IMG/VR virus record: IMGVR_UViG_3300020045_008704
Span: 1-32,988 of that record
Direction: 5' to 3' (one strand)
DNA length: 32,988 nt
From: a virus
Taxonomy: Duplodnaviria > Caudoviricetes
Shown here: piece by piece, positions 1 to 7,095 of the stretch
Layout of the letters: each line of letters starts with the position of its first letter
Position numbering within the stretch: position 1 is the first letter of the stretch
Position numbers and translations under genes: made by a program
The notes under the pieces: model-generated
Told to the model about the DNA's origin: nothing
Databases searched by the model: none
What the model saw: the letters and a program-made list of their open reading frames with translations, nothing else

Positions 1-2
1 TT

Positions 3-131
3 ATTGGACGCGGGGGTAGAGAGAATAACCCGCGTAGAGCTAGTGCGAAAAAAGAAGAACCTGCCCGATTAAAAATTCAGGAAGCTCTTCTCGAACAGCC
101 CGAAGTTCAACAACGCATCACGTCGATGTAA
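3..131 (+). other. Partial plus-strand reading frame running into an apparent inversion/chimera junction
   Basis: Frame open from the window start (IGRGGRENNPRRASAKKEEPARLKIQEALLEQPEVQQRITSM*), protein-like in composition; meets the minus-strand gene head-on where its GGDEF-like similarity stops. Confidence 0.4.
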
Positions 132-2713
132 ACCTGTGCGGGAAGCTTCTCTGACTCATTATAGGCTCGTAGATTCCCAATGCCAGTCAGTTCATGCGTA
201 AGTAATTCCTTACGCAGTTCTTCTGGGGTCATTTCGCTTACTTTTTTACGTTGCGCGATATCAACCCGGCGCTCTTCGACATTTCGGTTAGCCGGAATTT
301 GCGCTGCTTTTACAGAAACATTGTTGCTAACAGGTTGGGTCTTGTCTTCTGTCTTAAGCCAAGCCTTAAATTCTACTATCGGCATCTCGGTAATAGCGCC
401 GATACGATTAGGCTTCGGAGCCCCTTGGGGTAACTCCTGATCATAATTTCTCTGATAAACATCTCGCGCATCCGCTTCCGAAGTTGGGCCTAGAATAACT
501 TTATGCTCATCAAAAGTCTGGTTGCCCGGATCTACCTGATCGATTACGTAAGCTTTATCCGTTGCATCTACCTGTTCCCGCGAAAGCCCCGCAGGAATAA
601 ACACATCCACAGCGTCTCCATCCGCACCTTCCCCGAGTTTAATCTCTCCATAATGATCCTGCATTTGAGTTTTCCAGGAGCCGTCTTTCGCTTCCCGAAT
701 ACTTCCTGCTGGATTTTCAATCGCTATGGGCAGATCCTGAAAATTAACAAAAGCTTTTTTAGTATCTTCAGGTTTCTCTGCGGGTCGGTATCCATTAGCC
801 TCGTGTAATGGGTGTTCTCTGGCAATCGCGTCATCGATAGGAGTCTCGATTATTTTTTGCCCTTCTTCTGGTGATTTTTCTTGCGCGGTTGGGTTCTGGC
901 TTTGGTCATTAACTATCTCTGGTTGTTGGGGTATGGGTGCTTCGGGTGGCGCTTGTTCAATATTCCCGTTCCCTTGTCGGCTTGATTGAAGTCCTTCGCT
1001 ACTGATGGAGGTATCCCCACTTTTTTTGCGAAGCTCGGATTGTGCGCTGCTGCCGTCATTAGGCGGGCTTGCGCCGGGCTCTTGGACGGCATTTTCGCTC
1101 TCCGATAATTGCGCTCTGCGTTCACGTTCTGAATTAATAGCCTGTTTCTGCTCTATGGTCGCTGCTTTTTGGCGAAATAGATTCGTCAGATCCTTCTCAG
1201 ATAACTCCTGAATACCCGCGATAGGTGGTTGCGACAATTCAGCATTTACCCTAATTGCTTCGCCCTCATCAATTATCGGCTGCAATACCCCAGTATCCGC
1301 TCCCGCGATTACTGATCGGGCGGTTACTCCAGGATTTTCTGGCATCGAAGCGATAATGTTTTGAGCGACAGCCGTTTTTGCTTTTTGCACCTGTTCGTCT
1401 ATCGTAGGCGGAATGCGAGAAGTGATATGCGCTTCCATAGCATCCAGAATAGTCTGTGCGGAATCGCCAGCCTTTGACGGGATTTCCAATCTCGCGGCGG
1501 CGTCTGCGAGGCGTTTAGTTACTCGCTGACCACGGCCTGCTTCACCATAAGCCTGTTTATACCGATTTATAAAATCCTGACTCTCACTAAGCAGTGCTTG
1601 CTCTTCGGCATCGGGTGGTTGAAAACCTTGCTCCTGCGGAGCCGTAAACTCCGCAGTAGGAACATTTGTAGCAGGATTTGGCCTAGGTATATTAGACGAA
1701 GGCGCAAAATCTGCGGGTTCAGGCGCTAACCCTCGTTGCTGATCTGTGATCGCTTGCTCTTCCGGAGAAACATTAGGCGACGTAGGTTGTGCATGTATCA
1801 AGGCTCCTGCGGGAAGGCCCATGCCGAGTCCGGCTACGCTACCAAGTGCCGCTGCACTCCCGACACCTTCTCCGATATCTTTGCCCAAGGCGATATTGGA
1901 GGCGGCTTGCTCTTGCCCAGATTGAACTGCTTCCTGGGCCGCTTCAAGTCCCCCAGACTCTAACCCTCTCCTAGCAAAATTCTTAGTCGTCGGTGCAATA
2001 ACTTTCTGCCCACCGATGAATGCCGTAGATACATCCCCAACACCCAGTGCGTTAGCCGCCTTACCGAACCCTCCTGTTACTGCCCCTGTTACGGCTCCGC
2101 TACCCGTTAGCACTGCTATTTGCTCAGGCGTAAGTAATCCGTTTTCAGTTTGCTGCCGAACTTGCTCTATGTTTTGACCTGCAGTTACACCGCCTTCTCC
2201 TATAGCTCCTGCGGCTAGAGGACTTAACTTAGGCGCAAATTTCATGATGCCCTTAGCGATGCCCTGACCACCCAGCATATTCGGCACAGACTCTAAGATG
2301 GTGTGTCCCGCTACGGAGGGGTTCTCGGTTATAGCTTTTAACGTTGGTACAAAACCTTCGGTACTTTGTACGTTTTCAAAAGCCTGTTTCTGCGCAGGGG
2401 AGTAATTTTCAGAAAGAATGTCTTTAGCGCGTTTAAAATCAACCCCACTCTCCTCTAAGGTTTTACCGACCCTGCCACCTGTGGGGATATCGGCTAACCC
2501 TACTAGAGTCTCGGGGAAACCTATCACACCTTTTAATGCGGTTATTCCTACATCTTTTACCCGATCGCTTAAAGAAGTCCCTGGCTCCGGCGATTTCGGC
2601 TTAAAAACGTTAGCGATATCCGCCTCAAAATCATATTCCGGAGAAACATTAGCAATATCCGCCTCGAAATCATACTGTTCTGTTCCTGTAGGTGCCGTTT
2701 CTGGATTCGCCAT
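107..2713 (-). CDS. Large internal virion / polyvalent-type protein: Gly/Ala-rich N-terminus, InPase-like domain, start of a GGDEF-like domain; probably truncated
   Basis: IAIENPAGSIRE...WKTQMQDHYGEI...GADGDAVDVFI...VIDQVDP...FDEHKVILG...ITEMPIVEFKAWL (about nt 355-760) matches the inorganic-pyrophosphatase-like domain of phage polyvalent proteins; LLTHELTGIGNLRAY...VYIDV resembles the GGDEF N-terminus. Confidence 0.8.
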   Translation of the reverse strand: MANPETAPTGTEQYDFEADIANVSPEYDFEADIANVFKPKSPEPGTSLSDRVKDVGITALKGVIGFPETLVGLADIPTGGRVGKTLEESGVDFKRAKDILSENYSPAQKQAFENVQSTEGFVPTLKAITENPSVAGHTILESVPNMLGGQGIAKGIMKFAPKLSPLAAGAIGEGGVTAGQNIEQVRQQTENGLLTPEQIAVLTGSGAVTGAVTGGFGKAANALGVGDVSTAFIGGQKVIAPTTKNFARRGLESGGLEAAQEAVQSGQEQAASNIALGKDIGEGVGSAAALGSVAGLGMGLPAGALIHAQPTSPNVSPEEQAITDQQRGLAPEPADFAPSSNIPRPNPATNVPTAEFTAPQEQGFQPPDAEEQALLSESQDFINRYKQAYGEAGRGQRVTKRLADAAARLEIPSKAGDSAQTILDAMEAHITSRIPPTIDEQVQKAKTAVAQNIIASMPENPGVTARSVIAGADTGVLQPIIDEGEAIRVNAELSQPPIAGIQELSEKDLTNLFRQKAATIEQKQAINSERERRAQLSESENAVQEPGASPPNDGSSAQSELRKKSGDTSISSEGLQSSRQGNGNIEQAPPEAPIPQQPEIVNDQSQNPTAQEKSPEEGQKIIETPIDDAIAREHPLHEANGYRPAEKPEDTKKAFVNFQDLPIAIENPAGSIREAKDGSWKTQMQDHYGEIKLGEGADGDAVDVFIPAGLSREQVDATDKAYVIDQVDPGNQTFDEHKVILGPTSEADARDVYQRNYDQELPQGAPKPNRIGAITEMPIVEFKAWLKTEDKTQPVSNNVSVKAAQIPANRNVEERRVDIAQRKKVSEMTPEELRKELLTHELTGIGNLRAYNESEKLPAQVYIDVMRC
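913..1092 (-). CDS. Small basic phage protein (59 aa, MPSKSPAQARLMTAAAHNPSFAKKVGIP...) nested in the +1 frame of the polyvalent gene
   Basis: GGAG 7 nt upstream of ATG at 1092; sequence resembles, from memory, the phage family MPS(K/T)S.(A/K)Q..(L/F)M.A.AHNP.FAKKVG(I/V)P.SV..(D/E)F..ADKG. Confidence 0.7.
   Translation of the reverse strand: MPSKSPAQARLMTAAAHNPSFAKKVGIPPSVAKDFNQADKGTGILNKRHPKHPYPNNQR
2606..2674. repeat. 39-bp-period duplication encoding YDFEADIANV twice
   Basis: aacgttagcgatatccgcctcaaaatcata and aacattagcaatatccgcctcgaaatcata; 3 synonymous differences. Confidence 0.9.
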
Positions 2714-2765
2714 TTACTATTCCTGTGGTATAAATTTTGATTTTGTAAGTAAGTGCCGCATAAAA

Positions 2766-4610
2766 TTATTGCGGGGTAGCATCAGACCCAAATTCTCTAT
2801 CAAATTGCGCCTGTAATTGCTGCTTATACTTCAAGGGTTTAGCTGGGTCATCGAGTAGTTTTAACATGCTCGCTTTGCGCGTCGCTAATTTCTGAGCTTC
2901 TGCCTCTGGGTCTATTACACGCCCCGTACTAGCATCTACTGTCCGTACTACATCCTTAGTTCCTAACATCGGGTTGTCCGGATCTATTGGCTCAGCTACT
3001 ACTTTAACCACGTTATTGGTTTTTTGCGCTAACTCTTGTCTCTTCAACTCCCGATCCGCTGCATCCTTTTCTCGATCATACGCCGCCTTTAATCCGGCAA
3101 TCTCAGATCCTTGCGCCAATGACTTATTCTGGATATCGTATTGCTGCTTACTCTGTTGCAGATGCCCCAAAATACCTAATACTTCTTTAGCCGCATTTTG
3201 TCTGCGCTTCGCGTTTCCAAATTGAGTAGGTGTCATATCTCCGGTAGCGCCGCCGTTAATAGCGATTTCTCGAAGTTTATCGATCTCCGAGGGTTGCGTA
3301 GGTTTCCCATCGCCGTACTTAGCTGTTTGTGCAGCCGTGTTAGCTGCATCTCTAGCAAAACGCGCTTCTTTTTCTGGGTTACTTAAACCGCCAGCGGCCA
3401 CCATTGCATTGACTCGATTAATACCCGCCGTGTTAGCAGAAGTAATTGAACCTTTATCCCCGAAACGCGCAATGTTCTTAGCCCCTGGCAGCATTTGTTC
3501 AGCAGGGAGCGGAATGTTAGATGCCAAAGGAATACCTGCGTTTTTTTGCATTACTTGTGGGACTTTTGATTCGGCTTTAGCAGTTTCAGTTTTAGGAATT
3601 TGTGCGGTATTAACCGCCGTGGGCTGTTCCGGAGATGCGCTAAATAATTTTTCTGCTGGTGTTTGTGCCCCTTCCCCATATAAAAAACTCTTAAAACTAG
3701 CATCAGGTTTTGTAATTATCGCGTTGTAAACCCCTTTAGCGCCTTGCGCTGCTATACCCCCTACATTTTTAGCGCCCTCAGCGTAAGCGCTGCCAAAATC
3801 ACTCATCGCTTTGCCTATAGCGGGTACTACAGGAAGCCTTTTATACTCAGAAACGTAATTAGTTAAGGGCCCCGGAGTCACGGGTTTTTGCAATTCCGTA
3901 ATAGGATGAGGCACCTTATCCTTGTCTACTTCGCCCCCATCCTGAAAACCTTGTAGATCAGTATTCTCCAAAAATGAGATATTCCCTACTTGACTCGGGG
4001 TGGAATTCGCAAACATTTTTGCGCGTAGCTCGGTATCCGTCGGCCCCGCCGCACGCCGCATCGCAAAAATTCCTTTTACTTCACCCCCATTTTGATATCC
4101 CTGTAAAATGCTCCCCTGCAGCGGATTATTTTTTAATGGGGTATTCGTACCGATAAAACCGGTATCTAAATTATTAATACCCGAAGTTCCATAACTCACC
4201 GGCGGCGCAAAGGAGCTCGCGGATGACGTGTCATAAACGGGTTTTACTGCGGCTCCGATAGCTGATTGTGCGCCTGTATCGCCTATGATCTCTTTAGCGA
4301 TATTATTCGTATTTTGGCCTTCTGTTTGAAAAACAGGGGAAGGTGTACTTATCGTAGGCGCCGAAGATAAACTGAAAGGAGTACTCCTTGGTGTTTGGCG
4401 ATCCGAGAAAGAATTTCCGTTCCGATAAATACCTGAAACTAAACCTCCATTTTGATAGCCCTGCACGTTTTGTTGTCTCATCTTTAAACCTGCTTGATTT
4501 GCTTTTACAAGATTATCGGCGCCTATCAGTGCTACTGCTTCTCGGTTCATGACGTGCTCCCCCGGTGTTAAGAGAGCGGGTACGGTATCTGTGGGGCCGG
4601 GTTTTGGCAT
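2766..4610 (-). CDS. Putative internal virion/ejection protein with repeated G(Y/F)Q(N/D)GGxV motifs
   Basis: N-terminal GPTDTVPALLTPGEHVMN...IGADNL motif of the kind seen in phage DNA-delivery proteins; three GYQNGG/GFQDGG copies; coiled-coil C-terminus; adjacent to the polyvalent gene. Confidence 0.6.
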   Translation of the reverse strand: MPKPGPTDTVPALLTPGEHVMNREAVALIGADNLVKANQAGLKMRQQNVQGYQNGGLVSGIYRNGNSFSDRQTPRSTPFSLSSAPTISTPSPVFQTEGQNTNNIAKEIIGDTGAQSAIGAAVKPVYDTSSASSFAPPVSYGTSGINNLDTGFIGTNTPLKNNPLQGSILQGYQNGGEVKGIFAMRRAAGPTDTELRAKMFANSTPSQVGNISFLENTDLQGFQDGGEVDKDKVPHPITELQKPVTPGPLTNYVSEYKRLPVVPAIGKAMSDFGSAYAEGAKNVGGIAAQGAKGVYNAIITKPDASFKSFLYGEGAQTPAEKLFSASPEQPTAVNTAQIPKTETAKAESKVPQVMQKNAGIPLASNIPLPAEQMLPGAKNIARFGDKGSITSANTAGINRVNAMVAAGGLSNPEKEARFARDAANTAAQTAKYGDGKPTQPSEIDKLREIAINGGATGDMTPTQFGNAKRRQNAAKEVLGILGHLQQSKQQYDIQNKSLAQGSEIAGLKAAYDREKDAADRELKRQELAQKTNNVVKVVAEPIDPDNPMLGTKDVVRTVDASTGRVIDPEAEAQKLATRKASMLKLLDDPAKPLKYKQQLQAQFDREFGSDATPQ

Positions 4611-4639
4611 ATCTGGATCTCGGTATGTTTTTATTAGGT

Positions 4640-4645
4640 ATTATA
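4640..4645 (-). promoter_or_regulatory. Candidate -10 element (TATAAT) upstream of the 614-aa gene
   Basis: Minus strand reads atgcgtTATAATacc in a 54-bp AT-rich gap; no clear -35. Confidence 0.35.
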
Positions 4646-4664
4646 ACGCATATACGCTAATTAA

Positions 4665-6425
4665 CTAGTATTCGAGCTGAGTGACTGAAACTGGATAGTG
4701 TAAGGCAACTCCCGAGTCTGATAAATCAGTAGGTAAAGTAGTTATCGCATTAGTACGTAAGGTAGCTAATAATGTAAATGGCCCTGAGACATTACCCCCA
4801 GCGTTACAGAACATTAACATTTTATCCGAGTACGCTAAATCACCGGGAAAACTCTCTACTCCACCAATTGCACTTTCAGCTCCACTTGTGAATCCTCCGA
4901 CGGGTACTAAAAATACATCTGCTGTTGGTGCTACCGATCCAACACTAGTCCCTGATGAGTAATCTGTTTGGAATGCCGTGTTCCCTGAATTTACATAATA
5001 CCGTAACCGACGATCTTGCACCGCTGTTATAGAGCTATTGTTAATGTTGGAGCCAATTAAATCGAATGTGATTGTCTGCGCGGACGATGAAAAATCCTCG
5101 CGTATCAATGCAGATTTATTTACGGACGAGAAAAAAACAGTCAACGGTGTAGTACTAGAAGAGTTTATGACATCAGTTTCTACATATCCTGATCCATTTC
5201 TAGTTATCGAAAATAGAGAAGAAAAAGTGCCGAAAGTAAATAACGTAGAGTAACCCTGGTTACTAATATATCCTAGCTGCAATTCACTAGAAGAACTAGA
5301 AGTTTGCGCATAAGCTATGTTATTGGTTCCCGTAGAATCTTGTTGAGCATTTCCATTCTGACTTCCAGTATACGATAAATAGTTAGCTCTTATAACAGAG
5401 AACTCTTCCCCATCGGGACGAATAGCCCTTATCATGGGGGCCCCACCTTGAAAAGTAGTCGTAGAAGAAACTGAAGTAAATCGTGGGTCATCCCCAACAT
5501 CTGACCATGCTCCTGTTATCACAATGGTCTGATACCGTTCATCGTACTTCAAATCCACTGTGTTAGTAGAATAGTCCGCTGAGAAGCTTAAAAAATACAC
5601 TTTTTGTCTAAAAGTAGGTGTGTCAAAGGTTTCCAGTACAGCTACCCGAGTGGCTGCCCTGTTAAATCCTGTATACGTTTCAGTAGTTCCCGCTGTTGGG
5701 ACACTGACCGTAGAAACTCCCATAAACGAAAAAATCAAAACAGGATCAACAGCACTTTTAGGCGTGTTTTCTTTTACACCATAAACTCGCAATGTATATT
5801 CTAAAGGAGTATTTTTCTTGCATAGTAAAATCAATGCTCTTGTATAGCCGGACAATGCTGGGAATCGAGTAAGCAAAGTGGTTGTTATTTTTACATGAGC
5901 TCCTGTTACGATATTAACTGAGTCTGGAAGTATAGCAATATCACCAAATTTCCCACCTATGTAAAAGGTATAAGGCAATCTCCATGATAAAGCTACCGAC
6001 CCACCGATCCAAAAACCTTCAGGTAAGGAAGGTGCAGGGAAAGATTGATTATACCAACGAGAATTGTAAAACTGTGTTTTTACTCGCTTCGAATTCGGAA
6101 GGCTATATAAAAAAATATCCGATCTGTCCTGATACGGTGCTAACCCTATATTTGGATAATCTCCTACCGCGCTTAATTTGTCTACTACAGTTACGAATAA
6201 TCCTCCGCCAGCATTTATGTGTATTCTGTTTGGCCGAGTATCTATCCGTATGGACACTTCGGATACTGGAGTAAAAGTCGCTGAAAGCGGCCCTGCCGTA
6301 CTTTGTAACATATGACTGAGCTTTGCTTTAGCGTATCCTAACCATTGCGCGCCCAGAACAGCATCCCCTTCATAGGATATGGCCGCTGCGCCAGGGTCTT
6401 GCCAAAGTCTAGTATTTCTAATCAT
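4665..6425 (-). CDS. Putative tail-associated virion protein, beta-rich (586 aa)
   Basis: Long Ser/Thr/aromatic-rich ORF between tail and ejection genes; no catalytic motif recognised. Confidence 0.6.
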   Translation of the reverse strand: MIRNTRLWQDPGAAAISYEGDAVLGAQWLGYAKAKLSHMLQSTAGPLSATFTPVSEVSIRIDTRPNRIHINAGGGLFVTVVDKLSAVGDYPNIGLAPYQDRSDIFLYSLPNSKRVKTQFYNSRWYNQSFPAPSLPEGFWIGGSVALSWRLPYTFYIGGKFGDIAILPDSVNIVTGAHVKITTTLLTRFPALSGYTRALILLCKKNTPLEYTLRVYGVKENTPKSAVDPVLIFSFMGVSTVSVPTAGTTETYTGFNRAATRVAVLETFDTPTFRQKVYFLSFSADYSTNTVDLKYDERYQTIVITGAWSDVGDDPRFTSVSSTTTFQGGAPMIRAIRPDGEEFSVIRANYLSYTGSQNGNAQQDSTGTNNIAYAQTSSSSSELQLGYISNQGYSTLFTFGTFSSLFSITRNGSGYVETDVINSSSTTPLTVFFSSVNKSALIREDFSSSAQTITFDLIGSNINNSSITAVQDRRLRYYVNSGNTAFQTDYSSGTSVGSVAPTADVFLVPVGGFTSGAESAIGGVESFPGDLAYSDKMLMFCNAGGNVSGPFTLLATLRTNAITTLPTDLSDSGVALHYPVSVTQLEY

Positions 6426-6431
6426 AGGGTA

Positions 6432-6464
6432 ATTATAGCGTTTTACAGCATCCGATGCTATAAT
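6432..6464. promoter_or_regulatory. Back-to-back divergent promoters: TATAAT on minus (6437-6432) and extended -10 TGcTATAAT on plus (6456-6464)
   Basis: Inverted repeat ATTATAGC...GCTATAAT with an inner palindrome AGCATC-C-GATGCT; each -10 faces a gene start. Confidence 0.65.
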
Positions 6465-6470
6465 ATAGCA

Positions 6471-6518
6471 GTGGATAGCTCGACGGAGCGAAAGTACCCT
6501 TCAGTAAGGTATTTCCAC
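6471..6518 (+). ncRNA. Predicted structured leader RNA (three-way junction) upstream of the endonuclease gene
   Basis: GTGGA/TCCAC outer stem, GCTC-GACG-GAGC hairpin, GAAA linker, GTACC/GGTAT hairpin; begins 7 nt after the plus-strand -10. Confidence 0.5.
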
Positions 6519-6555
6519 ATAACCAAATACTGTTAGACTTAACTGGAGTTTACTC

Positions 6556-7095
6556 GTGAAGATCCAAATACCCGATTATCTAACCCAAGAAAAACTAACC
6601 GTCGCCCTAAAACAAATAATTCCTGCTGAAGATTGGATTGGGGAAGAGCTAAAAGTTCCGGGAACTCGATGCCGCTGGGATATGGGGTATATCTATCGCG
6701 GTAAAACATATATTGTAGAGTTCGACGGTGATCAACACTATCGCGATAGCATCGTTATACGTAATGATAAAATAAAAGATTTGACAGCCCTAAGATGCAA
6801 TTTCAAAGTCATACGAATTCCTTACTGGCTACAGCTAACACCCCAAACTTTAGAGCTACTATTTAACATAAATGCCGAGATAGAACAGAATTTTTCGCAC
6901 GGCTTCGTAGCCTCTAAAATTTTCCCTGCATCTTACTGCGAATACGGGACGTATCGATTCGAAAGAGAATTCAATAGCCTACCACGAAACATAAAACAGG
7001 AAATAACTGAGACTTTGCGCACCCAGATCTTAAAATACGATTTTGAAACTGTCCTACCCACAAGCTTATTAGCAATTATGCCGAAGTTGCTATAG
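6556..7095 (+). CDS. DUF559/Vsr-like (PD-(D/E)XK-type) endonuclease; the only well-supported complete plus-strand gene
   Basis: EELKV...RWDMGY...IVEFDGDQHY...DKIKD...FKVIRIPYW pattern; GGAG RBS at 6545-6548 before GTG; own promoter. Confidence 0.75.
   Translation: MKIQIPDYLTQEKLTVALKQIIPAEDWIGEELKVPGTRCRWDMGYIYRGKTYIVEFDGDQHYRDSIVIRNDKIKDLTALRCNFKVIRIPYWLQLTPQTLELLFNINAEIEQNFSHGFVASKIFPASYCEYGTYRFEREFNSLPRNIKQEITETLRTQILKYDFETVLPTSLLAIMPKLL

Noticed and set aside
6471-6518. Hammerhead ribozyme
   Set aside because: Has GAAA and three stems but lacks the CUGANGA core.
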